Assembly: GCA_007134025.1 (NCBI GenBank) | Contig: SLLR01000012.1 | Location: 7,846 to 71,845 of the forward strand | From: Desulfuromonadaceae bacterium | GTDB lineage: Bacteria; Desulfobacterota; Desulfuromonadia; Desulfuromonadales; Syntrophotaleaceae | DNA: 64,000 nucleotides | Direction of reading: 5' to 3' | Part shown: positions 1 through 8,944 of the stretch, piece by piece | Layout: every line of letters starts with the position of its first letter | Numbering within the stretch: position 1 is the stretch's first letter | Notes under the pieces: generated by a model | The model's database searches: none | What the model saw: only the letters and a program-made list of their open reading frames with translations | What the model was told of the DNA's origin: nothing | Program-made: the position numbers and the translations under genes

Positions 1-2327
1 AGGCCGAGGGCGGCGGCCAGGGACACGGCAGAAGGAGCGTCCTGGCCACCCTTTTCCGGCCGGGCCCTGGCGACGCTGTGATGAATCCAGCCGCAGGCCT
101 CGCCGGAGCGGTTGTGATAGGCCACCAACACCCGCTCCCGGTCGTCGCCGTTGGAAAAGGCGAAGACATCCTCGTTTATTCCCTGACCCCCTTCAAGAGA
201 ATAGAGTTCAAAGTACCGCGCTTCACTGAACAGGTGACGCCGGTGCAGAAGAGGAAAGATCTGACTCTGATGGTGGGCGACAAAACCGGTGTCGACGGCT
301 TCGTTCCAGTAGCTGCGGCGGTACTCCATGCCGTACTTTTCAGTGTAGCCTTCGATCTGACCGTGGCCGAACATGGGCAGGCCGGGCAGGGTGACCAGCA
401 GTACCGCGACGCCGAAATACTTGTCGCCCTTGCCGAACTGGTCGGCGGCGCTGGCTTCGTCGGGATTGCTCATGAAATTGACGAAGCGTTTGAGGATTTC
501 CGGATTGAATTCGAGGGTGTTGCGCAGCAGTTTCTGGTATTTGCCGTTGTCCTCGTTCTTGAGCATGTGCATGAAGGCGCTGTTGTAGACCCGGTGCATG
601 CCCAGAGTGCGGACGAAAAAACTCTCCATGAGCCAGAAGGCTTCCGCCAGCAGCAGGGTGTCGGGAACCTCGGCGGCCACCCGGTCCACCACTTCCCGCC
701 AGAACTCCACGGGAAAGACCCGGTCAAATTCTTCTTTTGCCATCCAGTGCTCGGCCCGTGAAGGGACTCCGGCGCCGCCCCCGGGAAGAGGAAACCAGAG
801 CCGCTGAAAGTGTTTTCGGGCCAGGGTCATGGCGGCGTCAAAACGAATCACCTTGAAGGTTCGAGCCACCTCGAGGATGGTCTGAATCATCGCCTCACGC
901 ACTTCCGGTAGCAGGAAGTTCAGCTGCGCCGTGTCGTTCCAGGGAGTGTGGGTGCCGTCGTTGCCGTGGTAGATGTAGCGAACCCGGCCGCTGCCGAGAT
1001 CACAGTGCCTGAAAACCACCGCCGCGTCGCTGCGGTCGAAATAGCCGTTTTCGATCTGAATGGAAACATCGGGGCGGGATGAGAGATCGGGACCGTCAAA
1101 GCGGTAGCCGGGATAGGGCGGATAGTCGAGCTGAATAAACCAGTCCGGATGTTCTTCCATCCAGCGGGAGACGATGCCCGTGTGGTTGGGCACCACGTCG
1201 CAGGCCAACCGCAGTCCCCGCTCCCGGCAACGGGCGTTGAGACTCTGCAGAGCCGGTTCGCCGCCGAGATCCGTGGCCACCCGATAGTCGTACAGAGAAT
1301 AGGCTGAAGCCTCGGCTTCGGGATTCCCCATGATCCGTTTGATCTGCCGGGAAGCCGGCGATCGTTCCCATAGACCGATGAGCCACAGGGCGGTAAAGCC
1401 CTGCCCGCTCAGCCGGTCGAGTTCGGCGTCGGGAATGTCTTCCAGGGATTGGATCGACCGGTTGTACTGGCGGGAAAGCTGTTCGAGCCAGACGTAGGCG
1501 GATTTGGCCATGAGCACCGTGCGGGGCATCCAGTCCCGGTCGGGAGAAAACTGCTCCGGATCCGCCGCTGCTGTGGTTGCGGCCGGGTAGTGGGGGATCG
1601 GGGCCTCAAAAGATCCCGGGCCTCGAATCTGCTCTTCGGCGGCCAGCCCGTCAAAAGCGCTGTCGATGGCCTGTCGTATGGACTCCGGCAGCAACTCGGC
1701 CCAGGTGAGCCGGACAAAGGCCAACTGGTCGGCCAGCGAGTGGGGGGCGGCCTCGATGGGGGCCCGCAGCAGGTTGCCGAGACGTTGACCGGCAAAGCCG
1801 GTTCCCGGAGCCCCGAGCTGTCGATTGTCGAACCGGGTCAGTTCCTCCCGGTATCGACAGCGTCCTTGCAACTCCCCGTCGTCGAACAGGGGACGCAGCT
1901 CGGCGGCGGCCGGATTGGTGTTGTGGAGGGCCAGCAGAAACAGTTCCAGCAAGGCCTGATGGTACTCTTCCGAGGTGGCGGCAAGGTAATTAGCGGCGTC
2001 TCCTCCTCGCAGAAGGTCGTGGGGGGGGAACAACTCCAGCAGGCTCGACAGGGTTTCCCGAGTCACTTGCCCGGCGGGTGGACTGTCCTTTAAAAATTGC
2101 CGCCCCACGGCCCGCAGGGCGCGGTTGAGCTGGGCCAGCAGGTTGAGACGGGTTCCGCCGCCGGCCTGCGGGGAAAGTCGGGAACCGGCCTGGCGCAGAT
2201 AATACAGGGTTTCGGCCGCAGAGGGATGGGGCGGCTCGAGGGACAGCTCGTATCGCTGCCTTGCCCGGGCGGAAAAGGCCACTGAGAGTGGAAAGTAGGC
2301 GATCCGTTTTGAAGACATATCAGGCAT
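1..2327 (-). CDS. Glycoside hydrolase family 13 (alpha-amylase superfamily) protein; C-terminal end lies beyond the window edge
   Basis: Absent from the supplied ORF track because there is no stop codon inside the window. Manual reverse-strand translation from ATG 2327 (second in-frame ATG at 2318) stays open to position 1 (>770 codons). GH13 signature regions are present: DVVPNHTG (I), VIRFDAAMTL (II), LLLAEAFW (III), FVNFMSNPDE (IV-like). It starts 14 nt after the stop of the upstream galT-like gene. Confidence 0.8.
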   Translation of the reverse strand, partial: MPDMSSKRIAYFPLSVAFSARARQRYELSLEPPHPSAAETLYYLRQAGSRLSPQAGGGTRLNLLAQLNRALRAVGRQFLKDSPPAGQVTRETLSSLLELFPPHDLLRGGDAANYLAATSEEYHQALLELFLLALHNTNPAAAELRPLFDDGELQGRCRYREELTRFDNRQLGAPGTGFAGQRLGNLLRAPIEAAPHSLADQLAFVRLTWAELLPESIRQAIDSAFDGLAAEEQIRGPGSFEAPIPHYPAATTAAADPEQFSPDRDWMPRTVLMAKSAYVWLEQLSRQYNRSIQSLEDIPDAELDRLSGQGFTALWLIGLWERSPASRQIKRIMGNPEAEASAYSLYDYRVATDLGGEPALQSLNARCRERGLRLACDVVPNHTGIVSRWMEEHPDWFIQLDYPPYPGYRFDGPDLSSRPDVSIQIENGYFDRSDAAVVFRHCDLGSGRVRYIYHGNDGTHTPWNDTAQLNFLLPEVREAMIQTILEVARTFKVIRFDAAMTLARKHFQRLWFPLPGGGAGVPSRAEHWMAKEEFDRVFPVEFWREVVDRVAAEVPDTLLLAEAFWLMESFFVRTLGMHRVYNSAFMHMLKNEDNGKYQKLLRNTLEFNPEILKRFVNFMSNPDEASAADQFGKGDKYFGVAVLLVTLPGLPMFGHGQIEGYTEKYGMEYRRSYWNEAVDTGFVAHHQSQIFPLLHRRHLFSEARYFELYSLEGGQGINEDVFAFSNGDDRERVLVAYHNRSGEACGWIHHSVARARPEKGGQDAPSAVSLAAALG

Positions 2328-2341
2328 GAGAGATCCGCAGG

Positions 2342-3379
2342 TCAGAGAGTCGAGTGAAGAAACGCGTCCCGGAGAAAAGCGGCGGCTTCTTCCGGTGCGG
2401 TGGGGTTGCAGTAAAAACCGCTTCCCCACTCCACGCCGATAGGCCGTGCCAGTCGGGGCATCAGTTCGATGTGCCAGTGGTAATCAAAAATCAGGGAGTT
2501 CCAGAAGTAGGGTTTGCCTGCTCTTCGATGGGGCGGCGGAGCGGTACACAGCAGAATGTTGTAGGGCGGGTCCCGCAGAACCTGGCGTTGGCGGCGCAGC
2601 AGGTCGCCCAGAGTTTCGGCCAACCGGGTGAGTCCGCTGTGGTCCAGCTGGGTAAAATCGTGACTGTGGCGCTGTGGGGCGATCATCATTTCAAAGGGGT
2701 GCCGCGCCGCGTAGGGAGAAAAAGCCAGAAACTCGCCGTCATTGCGCACGATTCGGCGGCCATCGGCGATTTCCTGGGCGAGCAGGTCGCACAACAGACA
2801 GCGGTCCTTGCGGGCGAAATACTCTTTACTGGCATTCAGGCCGCGAAGGATGTCCGGAGGAATCACCGGCAGGGCGAGAATCTGGCTGTAAGCGTGGGGA
2901 ATGGTGGCTCCTGCTTCCAGTCCGTCGTTTTTATAGGGCATGATGTAGCGAAAACGCGCATCCCGCCGCAGATCGACCAGTCGGGTCTGAATGGCGTGAA
3001 GCACATCGGCCAGTTCCGCCGCCGAAAGGTCGGCGGTGGACCGTTCGTGGTTCGGGGTCTCAATGACCACCTCATGGGCTCCGATGCCGTTCATGGCATC
3101 ATAGAGACCTTCTCCCCGCTGTCCCAGTTCGCCTTCGATGCCAAGCATGGGATATTTGTTGGGAACCACCCGAACCCGCCAACCCGGCTGGTTGCGAAGG
3201 CTGCCGTCAGGACGCAGGGCAAAGATTTCGGGAGGGGTTTTGCTTTCCTGGCCGTAACAGAAGGGGCAGGCGGTGGAAGTCAGCTTCTGTCGTTCCATAA
3301 AGAAATCCCTGGGATTTCTGCTCTTGCTGTCGGCCACGGCCACCCAGATGTTTTTCAGCGGATCCCAGCGCATTTCGGA
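2342..3379 (-). CDS. Galactose-1-phosphate uridylyltransferase-family (HIT-like) sugar-phosphate nucleotidyltransferase/phosphorylase
   Basis: ORF 2342..3442. Contains CPFCYGQE near the N-terminus, GAHEVVIETPNH, and a C-terminal H-x-H motif (YHWHIEL). Start trimmed to GTG 3379 (MSEMRWDPL), 7 nt after AAGGAG. Confidence 0.75.
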   Translation of the reverse strand, partial: SEMRWDPLKNIWVAVADSKSRNPRDFFMERQKLTSTACPFCYGQESKTPPEIFALRPDGSLRNQPGWRVRVVPNKYPMLGIEGELGQRGEGLYDAMNGIGAHEVVIETPNHERSTADLSAAELADVLHAIQTRLVDLRRDARFRYIMPYKNDGLEAGATIPHAYSQILALPVIPPDILRGLNASKEYFARKDRCLLCDLLAQEIADGRRIVRNDGEFLAFSPYAARHPFEMMIAPQRHSHDFTQLDHSGLTRLAETLGDLLRRQRQVLRDPPYNILLCTAPPPHRRAGKPYFWNSLIFDYHWHIELMPRLARPIGVEWGSGFYCNPTAPEEAAAFLRDAFLHSTL

Positions 3380-3616
3380 CACGATATTTCTCCTTGGAAG
3401 ATTGTTGAAAAAGTCCTGCCATGGACCTTTCCACGCCCGCATGCCGAAAACAGTCGTTCAGCGCGCGGAAAATCAGTATTTGTAAAATCTCCTTGATTTC
3501 CATCGCCCCGCGGTGGGCTTTGAAAACCTTTTTTCACCGGCCTGTCATAAAGGCCCGGGTGAGTTTTGTTGCTGGTCCTCTTCGGGCTCGACACCCTCAA
3601 ACAGAGGCATTCAGGT

Positions 3617-5728
3617 TTAGACGAACCAGTGTTGCGCCGGCAATTCGGCGCCCCGATAACTCAGTTCGACTCGGCCCGGATCGGGCCAGCGGGAGGTTTC
3701 ACGATCGGCCCGGTACAGGTGACAGGATAACCCGAGAGAGCCGGGTTTTTCCAGTCCCAGTGCACTGAGGCTGACGGACAGTTCGAAAATGGCACCGCAA
3801 GCGGCCCGGGCGGCCGTGGCGCCAAGTTTTTCTTTTTCCGAACTGACCCGCAGAACGCCCGTCGCCGGCCACAGGCGGATCTTCAGCGGCCGGCTGCCGT
3901 CAAAGCGGATCTCCAGGCTGTTGTTGTCGCCGGCCAGTTCTTCCTGCCAGCCGGCAAAGTCGAGACGCAGATAGAAGTGCTCTCGGTCATAACCGTAATA
4001 GCCGTTGGCCAGAGGCTGACGGCCGGCGTGCATGGCGCCGCCGGTATCGGCATCGATCCGCCCCGCCGCCAGCCATTCGAAATAGTCGCTGACCCGGCCG
4101 TCGATTTGCGGGCTGATAAAACCCAGCGGCTCATGGATCTTGTGCAGGCCCTCCCGTTCCTTGATGGGATGATACAAATGGTCGGGAACCGTCTTGCCGT
4201 CGCTGCGATAAAGAGCTTGCAACTGGCGGCGAAACAGGCCGTCAAAGGTCTCGGCCTGGGCGGTGGCATGATGGTCGCCGAACCACCAGAACCAGTCACT
4301 GCCCTCGGCCCGCAGCAAATGCCGCACCGGTTCAGCAGGGAGCCCTTGCGCCGAGTCCTTGAGGGTATCGGGAAGCACGTCCTGCCGCGCCCGGCGCAGC
4401 CAATCCCAGGCCTTGTTTTCCTCCGGGTGGCCGATCCAGATGTCGAAATCGCCGTTGATCCACGAGCCCGGTGCCAGGCGGGGCAGTGCGGTTGCCCGGC
4501 GTCCGGCCAGCCCCTCGCTGACGGTCACCATCTGTAGTGACGGATCCTGTCGCAGGCCGCTGTAGAGGGCGTGCAGAAATGGATAGCCGTTGTCAGCGTA
4601 ACTCTCCCAACAGTTTTCACCGTCAAGAATCAGGGCAACCAGCCCGTCGGGGACTGCTTCGGCGATTTTTCGCAGCCGCTGAATCAGGTCGGCGGCCGCT
4701 TCCGCAGGATTCCAGCGAGCATAGACGAATCCGATGCGGTCGGAAAGTTCCCGATCCCGAAACAGCAAGGGCAGTCCCTGGAATTGGTAGGGGCGGTAGA
4801 GCAGGGTCCGATTCCGCAGACCTTCGCTCAGGCTTTTGGCCAGAATCGCCTCGTCCGAGGCCGCCCATAGAGCCCCCTCCTGCTGCAGCAGGGTCAGTGC
4901 CGCTGCACTCACCGCCCCTTCCGGCGGCCAAATCCCCCGCGGGCGGTTTCCCAGCAGGTCCCCGGCGACCTTTCGGCCGTAGCGAAGCTGGCAGAGAGCA
5001 TCTTCCGGGTGATGGAAAGGCGCGGGAAGCTGGGCGTCCCGGCGGGCGCAGCGGGCGATTTCGCTGTCGCACAACAGGGGTAGAATGGGATGAGCGTAGG
5101 GGCTGAGAGACAGTTCCACCAGACCCTGACTTTCGGCGTCGCGGTAAGCCTGGACAACCCGGTTCACCACCTGGCGGTAGCATGCCAGCAGCGCCTGCTT
5201 GTCCTGCTCGTCGAATCCGCTGCCCTGACGCAGCAGGTCCTGAACGACTTTCTCCTCCGCCCGCAGATAGTGTCCGGACCAGGCCAGCAGAAACCAGACC
5301 TGCAGGTCGCGAAGATCCTGATCGCGAAACGAGTCGCTGCCGGTGCCGACCCGGTCCCGCAGACGGGCCAGTTCGCGATAGCGGGGGTGCGGCGCGATGT
5401 GCCGTTCGGCGTGCACCGAGAAAAAAGAGTTGATCGCAAAGGCCTGCTCTGCCTGGGTCATCTGCTCCGGATTTTTGCGCAGGATTTCAAGCCAGACGTC
5501 GTCAGCGGAGTCGTCGGCGTAATTCGCAAGTTGCTCGAGCAGGATCGGCACCAGGTTAAAGGTCAGGCGGGTGCCCGGAACCTCCCGGACGATGCGCAGC
5601 ATCTCGCCGTAATCCTTGACCGCGTGCAGGTAGGTCCAGGGCAGCAGAAAACGGCCGCTGGCGGGATCGCGGTAATCGGGCTGGTGCAGGTGCCAGACCA
5701 GGGCGACTTGCAACTTTTGCATGGACAC
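3617..5728 (-). CDS. Glycoside hydrolase family 57 protein (alpha-glucan-active enzyme)
   Basis: 703-aa ORF. N-terminus VALVWHLHQPDYRD is typical of GH57. Lies 13 nt downstream of the NDP-sugar transferase gene. Confidence 0.85.
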   Translation of the reverse strand: MSMQKLQVALVWHLHQPDYRDPASGRFLLPWTYLHAVKDYGEMLRIVREVPGTRLTFNLVPILLEQLANYADDSADDVWLEILRKNPEQMTQAEQAFAINSFFSVHAERHIAPHPRYRELARLRDRVGTGSDSFRDQDLRDLQVWFLLAWSGHYLRAEEKVVQDLLRQGSGFDEQDKQALLACYRQVVNRVVQAYRDAESQGLVELSLSPYAHPILPLLCDSEIARCARRDAQLPAPFHHPEDALCQLRYGRKVAGDLLGNRPRGIWPPEGAVSAAALTLLQQEGALWAASDEAILAKSLSEGLRNRTLLYRPYQFQGLPLLFRDRELSDRIGFVYARWNPAEAAADLIQRLRKIAEAVPDGLVALILDGENCWESYADNGYPFLHALYSGLRQDPSLQMVTVSEGLAGRRATALPRLAPGSWINGDFDIWIGHPEENKAWDWLRRARQDVLPDTLKDSAQGLPAEPVRHLLRAEGSDWFWWFGDHHATAQAETFDGLFRRQLQALYRSDGKTVPDHLYHPIKEREGLHKIHEPLGFISPQIDGRVSDYFEWLAAGRIDADTGGAMHAGRQPLANGYYGYDREHFYLRLDFAGWQEELAGDNNSLEIRFDGSRPLKIRLWPATGVLRVSSEKEKLGATAARAACGAIFELSVSLSALGLEKPGSLGLSCHLYRADRETSRWPDPGRVELSYRGAELPAQHWFV

Positions 5729-5741
5729 TCCAAACAGTGGG

Positions 5742-8258
5742 TCAGGCGGCCAGAAGCTCCAGCTTCCACCCCTCCACCAGATTACGGTACTGTTCCAGCA
5801 GTTCCGCGGCCTGCTCCGGGAAAGGAGCTTCGGCGACGATATGCATCAGGGGGCGGTGCTGATCCGGCACAACCAGCACCCAGGCGTGGTCATGACGCAC
5901 CTTGACGCCATCGACAAAAGAGGCCTCCAGGTCCACCGAGTGTTCGCTCATTTTTCGCATCATACCACCCTTGATCTCCCAGGAGCAGGGAACCTGCGCC
6001 TGGCGGTAGTGGCGTTTCGGCAGGTTGTTTCGCACAGAACCCAGAGTTTGACCGCTGCGCGCCAGCAATTCGAGAATTCGGGCGATGGCGAACAGGCCGT
6101 CAAAGTGCACCTGAAAGGCAGGAAAAGCCAGCCGACCATCGCCGGAAGCCACCATCTGCACCTGCTGTCCCCGGCCGGCCTCGGTCAGGGAACGGGCATT
6201 GTTGCGGGTGCGGGCAACGGTCAGTCCCCAGTCGTCGGCAAGCTGCTCTACGGTCTCCGAAGCGGTTACCGGAAGCACCAGGGTTCCGGCCCCTTCGGTC
6301 TGGCAGATCAGGGAGGAAACGCTGGCCACCAGCTCGATGTCGGACAGCAGATCGCCCCTTTCATCCACCACCCGCAGCTGCTCTCCGCTGGGGCAGAGGC
6401 GAAAACCGGCCGTGGCATCGAGACAGGTGACAATCCGGCGCAACTGATCCAGTGCCTGCTGCTCCGCTTCCGGAGTGCTGCCGGCAAGGTTCTCGTCCAC
6501 GTGGGAATTCAGTTCGATGATCTGGCAGCCCAGCCGGGTCAGCAGGTTCGGCAGAATTTCTCCGGCCGGAGCGTGGTTGAGATCCAGAACCACCTTGGGA
6601 GCGCTGCGTTGCATCAGTTCACTGTCAAGGGAACGCAAAAAGCCTTCCCGATAGAAATCGATGATGTGGGGTATTTCTCCGATAGCGCCCGGCTCGCTGA
6701 AATGTACCCGGCGGAAATTCTCCTTGAAAAAAACCCTCTCGATGCTCTTGGCCATGGTCGAGGAGAGCTCCAGGCCGTCGCCGTCGTGGAATACGATTTC
6801 GGTGGCGGCCAGATCTTCCGGGCACTGGCGAAACTGCACGCCACCCACTTCACCGAAGGTTGAGAGCTTGTAACGCAGTATGGGCAGGGGAATGCATTTG
6901 GCATCCCGAACGTTGATTCCAGCCGAGAGCAGGCCACCGACAAAGGAACGCTTGAGCATGCGCGAAGAGCGGATCATGTCGCGGCCGGTGAGCACAAAGG
7001 AGTCTTTTGGCAAAATAGAGCCGTAGGCGGCCCCCAGTTTAGCACAGAATTCCGGAGTCAGTTCAATATTGGTCAGCCCCCGCACCAGGGCGCCCTCAAA
7101 AAGCAGCTTGCGCCATTTTTCGCCCCAGATGAGGTTGGCGGTGACAATGGAGCCGTCTTCAATGATCTTGCTGGGCCAGACCTTGACATCCTTCTTAACC
7201 AGGACCTCGTCGCCTACGGTGGTATCGTCGCCGATTACCGCCCCCGCTTCGACCACCACGCCGCGTCCCAGACGCAGGCGACGGCCGAGCACCGCTCCCA
7301 GAACCCGACTGTCCCGTTTGATGTAGGCGTTGTCCCAGACCACGGTGTTTTCCAGATCCACTCCTTCTTCAATAACGCAGTTTCGGCCGATGATGCAGTT
7401 TTTCAGACGGGTCCGGCCCTTGATCTGGCTGTTGCTGCCGATAATCACCATGCCTTCGTGCACCAGGGATTGTTCCGTCGGCAGGCGGGTTTCCCGGCCC
7501 AGATAGACACCCTCGAGACCCGGCGCCGGCGCTTCATCCATGTTGACCCGGATTTTGCCCTGCAGGATATCCAGACTCGACTCCAGGTAGGCGTCGGTGT
7601 TGCCGATGTCGGCCCAGTAACCGGACTGGTTACAGCCGAACAAGGGTGCCTGGTTTGCCAGCATCAGGGGAAAGACGTCCCTGGACCAGTCGCGGTTGCA
7701 GTCCGCAGGGATCAACTCGAAAACTTCCGGTTCCAGCACGTAGATGCCGGTGTTGATGTTATCGGAAAAAACTTCACCCCAGTCCGGCTTTTCCAGAAAC
7801 TTGGTGATGCGATCCTGGCGGTCGGTGATGACCAGGCCGAACTGCAGAGGATCGGCGACGGAAGTCAGGGTAATGGTAGCGAGGGCCTGCCGTTGCTCAT
7901 GAAAGCGCACGATCGCCGACAGGTCGAAATCGGTGAGCAGGTCGCCGCTGATAACCATGAACCGTTGGTCGAGGTAGGGGGCGGCGGCTCTCACGGCGCC
8001 GGCGGTCCCCAGATCTTCCAGGGGAGTGATGTAGGTGATTCGCACGCCGAATTCGCTGCCGTCACCGAAGTGGCGTTTGATCAGTTCCGGTTGGTGGTAG
8101 AGCAGCAGGATCAGTTCGGAGATGCCGTGCCGTTTCAACAGCTCGATAATGTGCAGCATGATCGGCCGGTTGATCAGTGGAATCATCGGTTTGGGCAGAT
8201 TGATCGTCAGGGGCTGGATTCGGGTGCCGAAACCGCCGGCCATGATAACCGCCTTCAT
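5742..8258 (-). CDS. Sugar-1-phosphate nucleotidyltransferase (N-terminal, with left-handed beta-helix) fused to a phosphohexomutase-like domain lacking catalytic motifs
   Basis: 838-aa ORF. N-terminus MKAVIMAGGFGTRIQPLTINLPKPMIPL carries the GxGxR nucleotidyltransferase signature. The C-terminal half has PGM/PMM-like architecture, but TASHNP is replaced by FRQCPED and DGDGDR by CPSGEQ. Confidence 0.8.
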   Translation of the reverse strand: MKAVIMAGGFGTRIQPLTINLPKPMIPLINRPIMLHIIELLKRHGISELILLLYHQPELIKRHFGDGSEFGVRITYITPLEDLGTAGAVRAAAPYLDQRFMVISGDLLTDFDLSAIVRFHEQRQALATITLTSVADPLQFGLVITDRQDRITKFLEKPDWGEVFSDNINTGIYVLEPEVFELIPADCNRDWSRDVFPLMLANQAPLFGCNQSGYWADIGNTDAYLESSLDILQGKIRVNMDEAPAPGLEGVYLGRETRLPTEQSLVHEGMVIIGSNSQIKGRTRLKNCIIGRNCVIEEGVDLENTVVWDNAYIKRDSRVLGAVLGRRLRLGRGVVVEAGAVIGDDTTVGDEVLVKKDVKVWPSKIIEDGSIVTANLIWGEKWRKLLFEGALVRGLTNIELTPEFCAKLGAAYGSILPKDSFVLTGRDMIRSSRMLKRSFVGGLLSAGINVRDAKCIPLPILRYKLSTFGEVGGVQFRQCPEDLAATEIVFHDGDGLELSSTMAKSIERVFFKENFRRVHFSEPGAIGEIPHIIDFYREGFLRSLDSELMQRSAPKVVLDLNHAPAGEILPNLLTRLGCQIIELNSHVDENLAGSTPEAEQQALDQLRRIVTCLDATAGFRLCPSGEQLRVVDERGDLLSDIELVASVSSLICQTEGAGTLVLPVTASETVEQLADDWGLTVARTRNNARSLTEAGRGQQVQMVASGDGRLAFPAFQVHFDGLFAIARILELLARSGQTLGSVRNNLPKRHYRQAQVPCSWEIKGGMMRKMSEHSVDLEASFVDGVKVRHDHAWVLVVPDQHRPLMHIVAEAPFPEQAAELLEQYRNLVEGWKLELLAA

Positions 8259-8260
8259 GC

Positions 8261-8635
8261 CTATTCCTTTCCGGGGGTGATGCCCCGTTTTGCCAGCACC
8301 TTTTCGATCTCGTCCTTAAGCGCCGAGGTCTCGGAGCTTTTAACCACATAGCCGTCGGCCAGCCAGGAAGAAAAATCCTCCTTGTAGCAACTGTAGGCGC
8401 TGCAGAGGACCACCGGCAGGTCCTTGCGTTGCTGAATGATGTCCTGCAGAAGGTCCAGGCCACATTCGCGGCCCATATGAATGTCCAGCACTACCAGGTC
8501 ATAGCGGTGTTTCTTCAACAGGGTTGCAGCCTGCGCCGAGTCGGCGGCCGTATCGACCCGATAGCCGGCATCCTCCAGGTCCGCAGCGTAAAGCTCCCGA
8601 ATGTTCTTTTCGTCGTCAACGATCAGTAGCCGCAT
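8261..8635 (-). CDS. Single-domain response regulator (CheY-like receiver)
   Basis: 124 aa, MRLLIVDDEKNIRE...DLVVLDIHM receiver pattern. Stop lies 2 nt before the start of the next gene, so it is the first gene of the glucan operon. Confidence 0.85.
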   Translation of the reverse strand: MRLLIVDDEKNIRELYAADLEDAGYRVDTAADSAQAATLLKKHRYDLVVLDIHMGRECGLDLLQDIIQQRKDLPVVLCSAYSCYKEDFSSWLADGYVVKSSETSALKDEIEKVLAKRGITPGKE

Positions 8636-8700
8636 CAGTCTTCTCCTCCCCTGCCGTCTTCCGTTGTGGTTTTCAGGATGGCTTATTCCGACAAAAGCAA

Positions 8701-8728
8701 ATTATAGCGGGGATTTAGCCGTTGGCAA
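8701..8728 (-). promoter_or_regulatory. Sigma-70-type promoter for the response-regulator/glucan operon
   Basis: On the minus strand: TTGCCA (8728-8723), 16 nt spacer, TATAAT (8706-8701). About 65 nt upstream of start codon 8635. Confidence 0.45.
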
Positions 8729-8774
8729 CGATCCACCATAAAGCCTGTCGCGTTTAGCGCAGGCGCAATGTGGC

Positions 8775-8803
8775 TTGCTGTCGCCGACGATGCGTTTTAT
8801 ACT
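8775..8803 (+). promoter_or_regulatory. Sigma-70-type promoter for mrcB
   Basis: TTGCTG (8775-8780), 17 nt spacer, TATACT (8798-8803). About 140 nt upstream of the mrcB start. Confidence 0.45.
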
Positions 8804-8815
8804 CAGCAAAATCCT

Positions 8816-8830
8816 GCCGTTGGCAACGGC
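8816..8830. promoter_or_regulatory. Palindromic operator-like site, copy 2 (GCCGTTGGCAACGGC)
   Basis: Perfect CCGTTG-G-CAACGG palindrome 13 nt downstream of the -10 of the mrcB promoter. Same core as copy 1, 98 bp away. Note: the coordinates of this copy are 8816-8830 and of copy 1 8718-8730; see the finding at 8701-8830. Confidence 0.4.
8818..8830. promoter_or_regulatory. Palindromic operator-like site, copy 1 (GCCGTTGGCAACG)
   Basis: CCGTTG-G-CAACG inverted repeat. Overlaps the -35 of the minus-strand promoter. Confidence 0.4.
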
Positions 8831-8944
8831 GGCAAGCCAATTACGATTGTCTCAGGATCTTGGCGATGCCACCGTCGGCACTTATCAACAGCGGCCTGAT
8901 GCCTCCTTAATCCGCTATTTTTTGTTCATCAGGTTTTCGGCTTT

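Noticed and set aside
78-2093. Plus-strand ORFs 78-761 and 1449-2093 at the left edge
   Set aside because: They lie antisense to a continuous minus-strand frame (1-2327) that carries the GH13 conserved regions. That gene is missing from the ORF track only because it runs off the window.
3443-3616. ORF 3207-3503 (98 aa, minus strand) and other small ORFs in the GH57/GalT-like spacer
   Set aside because: They overlap the galT-like start in another frame, lack an RBS and have no recognisable motif. The spacer is more likely regulatory.
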